Below are positions 1-9,427 of a DNA stretch of 64,000 nt, one piece after another. A program made the translations under genes and the position numbers. The stretch is from Myxococcales bacterium (GTDB lineage: Bacteria > Desulfobacterota > Binatia > HRBIN30). The stretch's first letter is position 1. Each line of letters starts with the position of its first letter. The DNA lies in assembly GCA_037445065.1 (NCBI GenBank), contig JBBILD010000007.1, positions 128,001 through 192,000 on the forward strand, written 5' to 3'. The notes beneath the pieces are model-generated. The model saw only the letters and a program-made list of their open reading frames with translations, ran no database searches and was not told the origin of the DNA.

Positions 1-909
1 TTCGGGAACACTCGGGGCTACGTGGTGGCGCAGCTTGCCAGTATAATGGATCCGACCATCCCGAAGAACGAAGGATTTTTTAACTCCATCCGTTTGATCG
101 TCCCTCCCGGATGTTGCTTGAACCCGCCGCCGGATCGTTCGGTGGCCGCTGGGACCCATCATCCCGGCACCGAGGTGGGCGAGGCAATCGCAAAGGCGCT
201 GGAGCAGGTGATCCCCGAGCGTTGCTGCCCGCAGATTTACAAAATGGGCATGCCCACTGTGATTTTCGGCAAAAACCCCAAGACGGGGCAATTATTCATT
301 GATCACTCGGTGGACACATTCGCTTCCTACTGCGGTGCCGTGTACGGCCAGGACGGCTGGGGTGCCATGAACGTGAGCTTCGGGAACCTGATCCGCGCGA
401 CTGCAGAAATCAACGAGAGCATTTTCCCAGTGCGGCATTGGTCGCGTGACTACGCCACGGACACGGGGGGCCCGGGGAGGTGGCGCGGCTGCCCTGGGTC
501 GCTCTACGTCAAGGAAATCTGCGCGCCGGCTCAGGTGTACACGTACGTTGTAGGCCGCAAATACCCGGTCCCCGGCATCGCTGGCGGCAAGCCGGGTGCC
601 CCCAACCGATTGATCGTGCGGGCGGGAGGGCCGCACGCCTTCGAGGTGGAGACCACCGCCTTTTACGTCGAGCACCAGCCCGGCGAACGCTACGAATATC
701 GCTACGGTGGGGGCGGAGGTTGGGGAGACCCGCTCGAACGTGACCCGGCAAAGGTGCTGGAAGACGTGTTGGATGAGTACGTGTCGGTAGAAGGGGCCCG
801 CCGGGACTATGGGGTGGTGCTGCGCGGCTCGCTCGAAGACCTCAGCTTGGCCGTGGACTGGGAGGCCACCGAGGCCTTGCGCGCGCAACTGCGCGCCGCA
901 CGCGCGTAG
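1..909 (+). CDS. Hydantoinase B/oxoprolinase family protein (5' truncated by window edge)
   Basis: Frame is open from base 1. Motifs DTGGPGRWRG, GGGGGWGDPLERDP and DVLDEYVSVEGARRDYGVV are typical of HyuB/oxoprolinase C-termini. Adjacent to a HyuA-like gene. Confidence 0.88.
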   Translation, partial: FGNTRGYVVAQLASIMDPTIPKNEGFFNSIRLIVPPGCCLNPPPDRSVAAGTHHPGTEVGEAIAKALEQVIPERCCPQIYKMGMPTVIFGKNPKTGQLFIDHSVDTFASYCGAVYGQDGWGAMNVSFGNLIRATAEINESIFPVRHWSRDYATDTGGPGRWRGCPGSLYVKEICAPAQVYTYVVGRKYPVPGIAGGKPGAPNRLIVRAGGPHAFEVETTAFYVEHQPGERYEYRYGGGGGWGDPLERDPAKVLEDVLDEYVSVEGARRDYGVVLRGSLEDLSLAVDWEATEALRAQLRAARA

Positions 910-920
910 GAGCATAAGCC

Positions 921-2990
921 ATGGCACGCCGCAGGGCATCCTATCGCGTTGGGATTGACGTGGGGGGCACCTTCACCGATTTCGTGCTGCTGCGTCCGGA
1001 CGGCACCTTGCGCATCGCGAAATCGCCCACCACGCCGAAGGACCAGGCCGAGGGCATCCTGCAAGGCTTGGCCGCGATTGCCAGCGAGGAGGGGATGCCC
1101 TTGGCCGAATTCTTGACCCGTGTCGAGCGCATCGTGCACGGCACCACGGTTGCCGATAACACCATGATCGAGATGAACGGCGCCGTCACCGGTCTCATCA
1201 CGAGCGCCGGCCATCGTGACGAAATCGAACTGCGCCGCGGGTTCAAGGAAGACATTTGGGACCCCGCTCTGCCGCCTCCTCCAGCGATTGCGCCCCGACG
1301 GCGCCGCATCGGCGTCGCGGAGCGCCTCGACTACGAAGGCAACGTTCTGGTGCCCTTGGACGAAGACGATGTGCGGCGCGCACTCCGTCGCTTGCGAGCC
1401 CTGGGCACGGAATCGCTGGCTGTTGTCTTCCTGTTCTCCTTCGTAAATCCGCAGCACGAACAGCGTGTCCGTGAGATCGCCGCAGAAGAGTGCCCCGACA
1501 TGGCGGTTTGGCTCTCGCACGAGGTGCTGCCGGCTGCACCGGAGTTCGAGCGCACGAGCACCACCCTGGTCAATGCCTATGTGGGGCCGCGCATCGAAAA
1601 CTACCTGGTGGGCCTCGGCCGTGCCCTCGATGAACTGGGCTACCGCGGCAAACTACTGGTCATGCAGTCGAACGGCGGCATGATGCCGGTTCCGTACGTA
1701 CTGCGCCGGCCGGTGACACTGCTCAGCTCCGGACCCACGGGCGGGGTCATTGGCGCGTGTCAGGTGGCGCGGCTGGCTGGCCTCCAAGATTTTATTTGCG
1801 CGGACATGGGCGGCACGAGCTACGACGTATGCTTGGTGCGCGGAGCAGAACCGGAGATCAAAGCGGGCTGGAACTGGCACCATCGTTACTTGATTGCCCT
1901 GCCCATGGTGCAGGTACAGTCCATCGGCGCTGGTGGCGGGTCGCTCGCACGGGTTGTCGGCGGGACTTTGCAGGTGGGGCCGCAAAGCGCGGGCGCCGAC
2001 CCGGGCCCGATTTGCTACGGGCGCGGCGGAACGGTCGTGACCGTCACCGATGCCAACTTGTTCCTGGGCTATCTCGGTGCGGAAAGCTTTTGTGGTGGGC
2101 GCATGCGGCTCCAGCCAGAAGGGGTCGCAGAGGCGCTGGGGGAGCAGGTGGCGCGACCGCTGGGTCTCTCGATCGAGGAAGCAGCGCACGGAATCTATCG
2201 CCTGGTAAACGCCAACATGGCGAATGCGATCCGCCGCATTTCCGCGCAACGGGGAATTGATCCGCGCGGCTTGACGCTGGTGAGCTTCGGGGGCAATGGG
2301 CCGGTCCACGCCACCGCCCAGGCACGCGAGCTGGGAATTCGCCAGGTGTTCGTGCCTCGCTTGGCACCTGCGTTCTCTGCCTTAGGGCTGCTCATGGCGG
2401 ACCAACTCGTGGACGAAATACGTTCCTACATCGTTCGTACCGACGAGGCCGATTTGAGCCGCATCCGCGCCCTGTTCGCGGAAATGGAAGAGGCGGCTTT
2501 GCGAGTTCTGGAAAATGGCACCGCGCGCCGCTTCGAGCGCCGCCGCTTTTTGCACATGTGTTACCCGGGCCAAACCTTCGACATCGCCGTGCCGGTGGTG
2601 GGGCGTGGAACGGAGCTGAGCGAACGCGAGTACCGCGCCACGGTGGAGCGCTTCCACGACCTGCACGAGGCGCTCCACACGTACGCGGTGCGCGACGAGC
2701 GCCCAATTTTGCGGGCGCTGCGCTTGAGTGCGGTCGGCGTGATCGAAAAGCCGCGCTTCGCAGAACTCGCCCGTACTCGTTCTTCGCCGAAACCGAAGGG
2801 GCGCCGCCGCGCCTTTTTCGGCGGTGGTTTCCGCTCGGTGCCGGTTTTCGACGGCGCATCGCTCGGCCACGGGCAGCGAATCGAGGGACCGGGAATTATC
2901 GAGGAAGCCTTTACAACAGTGGTTTTGCAACCGGGCGACCGTTGCCGAGTGGACCACTGGGGCAACTACTGGATCGAGGTCGGGAGCTGA
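921..2990 (+). CDS. Hydantoinase A/oxoprolinase family protein
   Basis: Motifs GIDVGGTFTD, HGTTVADN, EFERTSTT, SGPTGG, DMGGTSYD, IGAGGGS, SAGADPGP. GGAG RBS upstream. Confidence 0.93.
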   Translation: MARRRASYRVGIDVGGTFTDFVLLRPDGTLRIAKSPTTPKDQAEGILQGLAAIASEEGMPLAEFLTRVERIVHGTTVADNTMIEMNGAVTGLITSAGHRDEIELRRGFKEDIWDPALPPPPAIAPRRRRIGVAERLDYEGNVLVPLDEDDVRRALRRLRALGTESLAVVFLFSFVNPQHEQRVREIAAEECPDMAVWLSHEVLPAAPEFERTSTTLVNAYVGPRIENYLVGLGRALDELGYRGKLLVMQSNGGMMPVPYVLRRPVTLLSSGPTGGVIGACQVARLAGLQDFICADMGGTSYDVCLVRGAEPEIKAGWNWHHRYLIALPMVQVQSIGAGGGSLARVVGGTLQVGPQSAGADPGPICYGRGGTVVTVTDANLFLGYLGAESFCGGRMRLQPEGVAEALGEQVARPLGLSIEEAAHGIYRLVNANMANAIRRISAQRGIDPRGLTLVSFGGNGPVHATAQARELGIRQVFVPRLAPAFSALGLLMADQLVDEIRSYIVRTDEADLSRIRALFAEMEEAALRVLENGTARRFERRRFLHMCYPGQTFDIAVPVVGRGTELSEREYRATVERFHDLHEALHTYAVRDERPILRALRLSAVGVIEKPRFAELARTRSSPKPKGRRRAFFGGGFRSVPVFDGASLGHGQRIEGPGIIEEAFTTVVLQPGDRCRVDHWGNYWIEVGS

Positions 2991-4159
2991 GTGCGGAAGC
3001 GCTGCCTCTGACTCAGGATGAGCCCAGCCCCGGCGACCGCCAGCGAGCCCACGGCCGTGTACATGGTTCGGTAACCGAAGTGCTCGGCGATGGACCCGAG
3101 TGCGGGGTTTCCCAGCGAGTGGCCGACGTCGAACATGGCAGTGAACCAACTCACTGCACGGCCCCGCCGCCCGCCAGCGAGATCCACCACCAGCGCGGCC
3201 AAAATGGGGAACGCGTACCCATGGCCGATGCCGGCGAGTACCCCGGCCCACAGGCGCAGCTCGCCCTCCACCCTTGGGATACACAGCAAGGCAACCCCGT
3301 AAACGAGAAAGGCGGCGGTGAGTACCGGTAGCCGGCCGACTCGATCGGGTAGGTTGCTACTGATCACACGCACGGCCACAGCTGCAAAGGCATATGCGAA
3401 GAACACTTGGCCTGCGCCTCCGCCGGCGACGGTGGCGAGAAAGGGTGCCAGAAACGTGAAGACACTGGCCTCTGCGACCCCGAACACGAGCGTGAGTCCG
3501 AGCAGCAAAACGAAGCTGCGCCCAAAGCGCTTGCCTGCGCTTTCTCGAGGGGCCGTAGGATCGGCGCTCCGGTGGCGCTCCGGGAGCGCACGAGCGATCG
3601 CACCACTGGCCAGCGCGAAGGCGGCTGCAACCGAAAAGTACGCTGCAAAGCCTCCCTCGCGTTGTAGCCACTCGCCGATTAACGGCCCGAGCCCGTTCGC
3701 AGTCATGCCCCACACTCCAAACCAGGCAAGCCCCTGTGCGCGGCGAGTCACCGGGATGATGTCCGACGCGAAGGTCACAAAACTCGTGAACATCGCACCA
3801 ATGCACATGGTGTTGATTACGACGAGTAGGGCACACCACAGGCCAAGGTCCTGGACGCTCAGGAAGCCGAGAGAACTCGCTGCGTGCAAGCCAGTGGCGA
3901 GAAACATCACGGGCTTGCGGCCAATGCGGTCGAGCAGCACACCGAGCGGCCACCGGATGGCCACCGCAGCGACCGCTCCAAGCCCAGCATAGAAGCCAAT
4001 GGTGACCTCGCTGCCGCCCAGGCTGCGCACGAAGAGCGGGAACAAGATGTACATGGCGCAGGCCAGGGAGCCGGTAAGCTGCATGGCACAGGCGAGCACA
4101 AAGGTGCGGCTGAACAGAGGCGGATCGAGGAGCGAACCTTGGGCACTCGGCTGCTTCAT
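2966..4159 (-). CDS. MFS transporter
   Basis: About 12 hydrophobic segments. MFS motif A (GVLLDRIGRK) with a repeat (LPDRVGR). Confidence 0.9.
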   Translation of the reverse strand: MKQPSAQGSLLDPPLFSRTFVLACAMQLTGSLACAMYILFPLFVRSLGGSEVTIGFYAGLGAVAAVAIRWPLGVLLDRIGRKPVMFLATGLHAASSLGFLSVQDLGLWCALLVVINTMCIGAMFTSFVTFASDIIPVTRRAQGLAWFGVWGMTANGLGPLIGEWLQREGGFAAYFSVAAAFALASGAIARALPERHRSADPTAPRESAGKRFGRSFVLLLGLTLVFGVAEASVFTFLAPFLATVAGGGAGQVFFAYAFAAVAVRVISSNLPDRVGRLPVLTAAFLVYGVALLCIPRVEGELRLWAGVLAGIGHGYAFPILAALVVDLAGGRRGRAVSWFTAMFDVGHSLGNPALGSIAEHFGYRTMYTAVGSLAVAGAGLILSQRQRFRTQLPTSIQ

Positions 4160-4207
4160 CGTAGCTCCGCCCTTCCGCTGCGGCGAAAACGCGGGTTCAG
4201 CCGTGGG

Positions 4208-5119
4208 TCAGGCGGCACGGCCAGTGGCGTGGCGTTCGTTTGCTTCGGCCGCTTGTGCGGCAAGCGGCGCCTGAACGGGAGCGGGCTCTTCCGCCCACTG
4301 GATACGCCGGTAGTCGAAGCCAGATGCGGTGGCGTGGTTGAATTTGACAATGTCGAAGTACGGCGAGAGATCGAAGTCGCGCGGTGTCACGAGCGCTGGA
4401 TCCTCGCGATGGTAGACGGCCCGAAACGGCTCGCGCCGCCTGGCCCAGCGCTGCCACCACCTAGGCTTTGCTGCCTCGTCTAGGGTGACCCGAGGCACGA
4501 TTGGAAAGCCGACCGCAGAAAAGGCCCTGGCCAGCATGGTCGTACAAATCACCGCCGAAGGCTCGCCCCCATACCGCAGGGCCGCCCGGCGAAAGCGGCG
4601 CGGAATCAAGCTCACAGGGAAAAAGTAACGGGCCAACTCGAGCACATGCCGGACATTGTACGGCTTGCCGATTTGCGCGGTCACGTCCGCCAAAACCCGG
4701 TCCAAGTCTTCGCGCCGCAGGCCGCGCGGACGACACACACGAAGGTTGTGGCGCAAGTACTTGGTGACGGGGTTGCATACCACTCCGTCCTCCAGTGCTT
4801 CGATCAGCAGGTAGCGAGCCTCCTCACCGAGGCGTTCGCGGAGTTCCGCCGCTAATTCCGGGCGGAAGCGACGCAGTTCGTCGCCGATGTACAGAGCAGC
4901 ATGCGACCAAGAACTCTGCGTGAGATAGCGGATCACCTGGCTGATGCGCTGGTCACCCTCGACCAGAATCACATCCCCGGGCCGTAAGTTCGCGCGTAAA
5001 GCGGAGGCGTCGTTCGGGATGCGCAGCTCGTAGCTGCGCCGCGGTCTGCAGAGCACGCGGATCATTGCCGCGATCACGCGCTGGCGGATCGGATCGGTAA
5101 GGCGCTGCCAGAGCTTCAT
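4208..5119 (-). CDS. YiiX/YebB-like permuted papain-like (NlpC/P60) cysteine hydrolase
   Basis: PGDVILVEG...SQVIRYLTQSSWSHAALY (His before Cys), later ICTTMLARAF and VTPRDF. Confidence 0.82.
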   Translation of the reverse strand: MKLWQRLTDPIRQRVIAAMIRVLCRPRRSYELRIPNDASALRANLRPGDVILVEGDQRISQVIRYLTQSSWSHAALYIGDELRRFRPELAAELRERLGEEARYLLIEALEDGVVCNPVTKYLRHNLRVCRPRGLRREDLDRVLADVTAQIGKPYNVRHVLELARYFFPVSLIPRRFRRAALRYGGEPSAVICTTMLARAFSAVGFPIVPRVTLDEAAKPRWWQRWARRREPFRAVYHREDPALVTPRDFDLSPYFDIVKFNHATASGFDYRRIQWAEEPAPVQAPLAAQAAEANERHATGRAA

Positions 5120-5219
5120 GGGTTCTCTTTCTTCAACCTGCCTTTACCGGTATGGGAAAGCGGTCCGTTTCGCAATGGAATTGTGAGCGAAAAGCCATCG
5201 GGACGAGGAGGCAATTAGA

Positions 5220-6101
5220 ATGGAACTCGGACGGGTCGGGATTTGGACCTTTGCGCTCGACATGCAACCGGCAAGCAAAGCCCAAGAGGCAGCAGCCGAA
5301 ATTGAAGCGCTGGGCTACGGGGCCATTTGGATCCCAGAGGCAATGGGCCGAGAGGCCATTGCCAATGCGGCGATCTTGCTCGCCGCCACCCGGCGCATCT
5401 CTGTGGCCACTGGCATCGCTTCGATTTGGGCGCGCGATGCAATGGCTGCCGCGGGCGCCCAAAAGACGCTGTGTGAAGCGTACGGCGGGCGTTTCTTGTT
5501 GGGATTGGGGGTGAGCCACGCGCCCATGGTGAGCGTACGCGGGCACCAGTACGAGCAGCCGGTCGCTGCCATGGAGCGCTACCTGAATGCCATGGACTCG
5601 GCGCCGTTTATGTCCGTGGCCCCCGCCGAACCACCACGGCGCGTCCTCGCTGCCTTGCATCCCAAGATGCTCGAACTGGCCCGCACCCGTGCTGACGGAT
5701 CCCACACCTACTGCGTGCCGACCGAGCATACCGCCTGGGCGCGGGAGCGGTTGGGGCCAGACAAGATTCTGGCGGTGGAACAAACGGCCGTGCTCGAAAC
5801 CAAGGCGGAGCGAGCGCGCGAAATCGGCCGCCGTTTCCTCGCCGTTTACCTCGGTCTGCCGAACTATGCCCGCAACCTGCACCGCTTCGGCTTTACGGAC
5901 GACGATCTCGCCAACGGCGGCAGCGACCGCTTGGTGGATGCCTTGGTGGTATGGGGACACGAAGAGGCGATCCGCAAGCGCGTGCGCGAACACCTGGACG
6001 CAGGCGCAAGCCACGTCTGCGTGCAGGTGCTGGATCCCGACCCCCGTGCCTTGCCGTTGCCTCAGTGGCGGCGTTTGGCTCCCGCATTGTTAGCGTGCTG
6101 A
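5220..6101 (+). CDS. LLM class (probably F420-dependent) oxidoreductase
   Basis: LGRVGIW, GYGAIWIPE, VATGIASIWAR, GRFLLGLGVSH, AGASHVCVQV. GAGGAGG RBS upstream. Confidence 0.88.
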   Translation: MELGRVGIWTFALDMQPASKAQEAAAEIEALGYGAIWIPEAMGREAIANAAILLAATRRISVATGIASIWARDAMAAAGAQKTLCEAYGGRFLLGLGVSHAPMVSVRGHQYEQPVAAMERYLNAMDSAPFMSVAPAEPPRRVLAALHPKMLELARTRADGSHTYCVPTEHTAWARERLGPDKILAVEQTAVLETKAERAREIGRRFLAVYLGLPNYARNLHRFGFTDDDLANGGSDRLVDALVVWGHEEAIRKRVREHLDAGASHVCVQVLDPDPRALPLPQWRRLAPALLAC

Positions 6102-6201
6102 CTGCGGTCGCGGCCGACTCGGAGCAAAGTAGTGCCGGCCGAGCACTGGCAGGAGATACAAGCTCGCTCGCGAGAAGTGACAGCAAGCGACAGGTTCTTG
6201 C

Positions 6202-6230
6202 TTGACAAAGGCGGGTGGCCAAGCTCTAGT
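6202..6230 (+). promoter_or_regulatory. Candidate sigma70 promoter for the beta-helix gene
   Basis: Perfect TTGACA (6202-6207), 17-nt spacer, TCTAGT (6225-6230), about 60 nt upstream of ATG 6294. Confidence 0.4.
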
Positions 6231-6293
6231 CGCCAACGTACCGCCTCCACCGGAGCTACGCAGTCTGGCGGAACCAATTGTGAGAGGGAGCCC

Positions 6294-7607
6294 ATGAGAC
6301 GACCGAACCGCCCAGTATTTTGGATCACTGCCGCCGTGGCGCTTGCCATCGCCGCCGCCGCACCCGCGGCTACATGGCGAGTGGCTGCGAACGGCGCAGA
6401 CAGCGGCGGTTGCGGCTCGACCGCTACACCCTGCCGTACGATTTCTCAAGCGATCTTCAACGCCAACCCGGGAGACACGATTCTCATCGGACCGGGGGTT
6501 TACGGAGACGTGAACGCCGACGGAGACCTCAATGATCCAGGGGAGGAAAACTCCGGTGTGCCGGGTAAGATGATCGTCATCGCCGAGGCGTTGACCATTG
6601 TCTCGCGCGATGGGGCCGGATCCACCGTGATCCGCGGTGTGCCGTCGGCGGTGACGGTGTCGATCCAGGCAAGCAACGTGGCTTTCGGAAAGAAAGGCAG
6701 GGGCTTCACCGTTCGCGGCGGCGCGGGCAGCGTGGGCATCGAGATCACACCGGGGCAGAGTGCAGTGAGTCTGATGGGCAACGTGGTGGACGGTCACCCG
6801 AACGGTTTGGGTCTGATTGACGGCAGCGGGCACCAGATTCGCAACAATTGGTGGACGACGGGATTCCTGCAGTTGCTGGGCTCCAACATCTCTGTGCGAG
6901 ACAACTTGTTCATCGGGGCGGGTTTGGTTTTGCAAAGTGCTGCGAGCACAGTGACGGTGGATCGAAACCAGGTGCAGCGCAGCACCGGGGTGGGGATAGA
7001 CGTCCAAGGTACCAACCACCTGGTGCGGCGGAACGTGGTGGCCATGGGGTTGTCAGGTGCCGGCTTTCGCTGCCAGGGCACGTGCAGTTCGGTGCGGTTC
7101 CAGGACAACATCGCGCGCCGCAACAACGGGCACGGGTTCGAGATCCTTGCTGGTGCGGGCCAGGTTTTGCAGGGCAATCTCGCTTCCGGCAACGCGAGTT
7201 CGGGGTTTTACGTGAACCTTGCCACGGCAGCGGCAGTGACGTTGACCAAGAACACCGCGGTAAATAACGGTGCGGCCGGCTTTACGTTCTTGGGTGCCAG
7301 CGACAACGTCAACTTGCCATCGCTCAGCAATTGCGTCTCGGTGGGCAATCAAGGCGATGGAATCCAAGTTGCGGGCTATCTGCTCGTTCAACGCTGCAAT
7401 ATCTACGGCAACGTCGGCAGCGGCTTCAGTTGCGGGGTCAACAAGACCTCCAATTTCGGTAGCGTGGTGGCGCAGCAGAACTACTGGGGTGCCGCGAGCG
7501 GTCCGGGGCCGGATCCGGCGGATCAGCTTTGCGGACAGACATCGTTGATTGACGCGAGCAATCCCGCCGCGAGCGAAATCGGGGTAGGGGTGCTGCGCAA
7601 CCCTTGA
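6294..7607 (+). CDS. Secreted right-handed parallel beta-helix repeat protein
   Basis: Start reassigned to MRRPNRPVFW (RBS GAGGGAG). Signal peptide ending AAPA-A. DUF1565-like PCRTISQAI, many N-x-x-x-x-N-x-x-x-G repeats, C-terminal QNYWGAASGPG. Confidence 0.8.
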   Translation: MRRPNRPVFWITAAVALAIAAAAPAATWRVAANGADSGGCGSTATPCRTISQAIFNANPGDTILIGPGVYGDVNADGDLNDPGEENSGVPGKMIVIAEALTIVSRDGAGSTVIRGVPSAVTVSIQASNVAFGKKGRGFTVRGGAGSVGIEITPGQSAVSLMGNVVDGHPNGLGLIDGSGHQIRNNWWTTGFLQLLGSNISVRDNLFIGAGLVLQSAASTVTVDRNQVQRSTGVGIDVQGTNHLVRRNVVAMGLSGAGFRCQGTCSSVRFQDNIARRNNGHGFEILAGAGQVLQGNLASGNASSGFYVNLATAAAVTLTKNTAVNNGAAGFTFLGASDNVNLPSLSNCVSVGNQGDGIQVAGYLLVQRCNIYGNVGSGFSCGVNKTSNFGSVVAQQNYWGAASGPGPDPADQLCGQTSLIDASNPAASEIGVGVLRNP

Positions 7608-7659
7608 TTGCGGGAGGCACGCGGCAAGCGTCGCGTGGGGGCCGCACGGTGTTGCACGC

Positions 7660-9399
7660 TCAGAGGTCGAGGAGTGTTTCGCGCCCCGTGGCGGTAAAGC
7701 GCGCGCACAGCGCATCGTAATTGGCGCGCGAGAAGGGTTCGAAGGTGAGTTCTCGCCCCGGGCGCCAGTAAATCGGGTCCGGGCAGCGATCGGGCCGGAA
7801 TTTTTGCCAGCGGAGTTGGTTTTTCAGCACCTTGCTCGTCGCCGTTTGGGGGAGTTCGGTGGCGATTCGCACGTACGTCGGCAGCCACTTGGGGGACAGG
7901 TCGCGCTGGCCGGCTAAAAACGACGCAAACTCGCGTGTTTCGAAGCGGGCTTCACTGCGCAAGACGAGGGCCGCCATCACGCGGTCGCCCCCGTCTGGGT
8001 CCGGCACTCCATACACCGCCGCAAGCACGACGTCGGGATGCCTCTGCAGAATCTCTTCCACGGGGCGGGCCAAGAAATTCTCTCCATCGACACGCAGCCA
8101 TTCATTCGATCGGCCCACAAAATAAAGGTAGCCGCGCTCGTCCTTGTACCCGAGATCACCACTCCAGTACCAGCCGAAGCGGGTCCGTTCCTGCACCGCG
8201 GCTTCGTTCTTGTAGTACCCCTCGAACCAACCTGTTCCGAGGGTGTTGACGATTTCCCCGATGCACTCTTCCGCATTCAGAAGGCGGCCGTCAGAACCGA
8301 ACCGCGCCGGGGGTTTCTCCCGCCCGTGCTCGTCCACCACGGCGATGCCGAAGGCAGCGAGGCCGACGGACCCAGGCGGGTCACCGGGCTGCCGCGTGAC
8401 TCCCAGGCCTCCCTCGCTCGCCCCGAATACGTCAATGACCCTGCACCCGAACCTCTCCTCGAACTCGCTCGCTACCTTGGCCGAACCCTCGTTGCCAAAA
8501 CAAATCCGCAGCGGATTGTCCGCGTCATCGGGGCGGCGTGGGGTGGAGAGAATGTAGGCAAGGGGTTTCCCAGTATAATTGAAGTACGTCGCGCGGTAAC
8601 GGCGAATGTCGGCGAGCCAGCGGCTCTTGGAGAACTTGCGTGCGAAGGCCACCGGCACGCCAGCGGCGAGCGCGGGTAGGAAGCCGCACATCACGGCGTT
8701 GGCGTGAAACAGCGGCATGGCTACGTAGCCGCAGTCTCCCGCGCGAAGCTCGTAAACGTTGGTCGCGATGTTGAAGGCCGTTTCCACCAGGCGCCGGTGG
8801 CTGCAACAGACGGCTTTCGGGGCAGTAACGGTGCCGCTGGTGAAAATCAGCATGGCGAGGTCCCCCTCGTGCACGCTGACCCGCGGAGCTGGCTCGCCTT
8901 CGAATCGGCGCAGTTCGCGAGCGATGTCGCGGCCGAGCCCTGCTTGCCGCACAGGCGGTGCCTGGGATGTGGGTTCCACTTCATCCCAGCGGCTCGTTAC
9001 CAACAAGCAGGAGTCTGCGACGCCGCAACTTCTCCAGCACTCTTCCAGCAGGGGCTGGTACTTGGTTTCGACCACTAGAAGCGTGCAATCGGTGTGCGCA
9101 ATGTCACGCGCGAGGTGTTCCCCTCGCTTCGTATGATTGATCCCCACGGCTGCGGCGCCGGCGAGCCAGGCCCCGCCGAGGGCAAAGGCGTAGTCGGGGG
9201 TATTGTCGAGCAAAATGCCGACGTGGAAGGGACGTGCCATGCCCGCCGTCGTGCGCAGGCTACGGAACAGTTCCGCCCAGCGAGCGCATTCTTGGTAGTA
9301 CTCCCCGAAGCTGCACTGCCACGAAGCGAAGCGCAGAAAGGGGAGGTCACGCGTCGCTGGGTCCGTGCCGCGCAATCGGATCAGCTCGGCAAGCGTCAC
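7660..9399 (-). CDS. AMP-binding long-chain acyl-CoA synthetase (FadD1/FadD17-like)
   Basis: LIFTSGTVTAPK AMP-binding motif, FGASEGG, YWSGDLG, LRVDGENF, LPQTATSKVLK. Confidence 0.9.
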   Translation of the reverse strand: MTLAELIRLRGTDPATRDLPFLRFASWQCSFGEYYQECARWAELFRSLRTTAGMARPFHVGILLDNTPDYAFALGGAWLAGAAAVGINHTKRGEHLARDIAHTDCTLLVVETKYQPLLEECWRSCGVADSCLLVTSRWDEVEPTSQAPPVRQAGLGRDIARELRRFEGEPAPRVSVHEGDLAMLIFTSGTVTAPKAVCCSHRRLVETAFNIATNVYELRAGDCGYVAMPLFHANAVMCGFLPALAAGVPVAFARKFSKSRWLADIRRYRATYFNYTGKPLAYILSTPRRPDDADNPLRICFGNEGSAKVASEFEERFGCRVIDVFGASEGGLGVTRQPGDPPGSVGLAAFGIAVVDEHGREKPPARFGSDGRLLNAEECIGEIVNTLGTGWFEGYYKNEAAVQERTRFGWYWSGDLGYKDERGYLYFVGRSNEWLRVDGENFLARPVEEILQRHPDVVLAAVYGVPDPDGGDRVMAALVLRSEARFETREFASFLAGQRDLSPKWLPTYVRIATELPQTATSKVLKNQLRWQKFRPDRCPDPIYWRPGRELTFEPFSRANYDALCARFTATGRETLLDL

Positions 9400-9427
9400 G
9401 TTGCCTCCCGCAGGTGAGGGTTTGGGC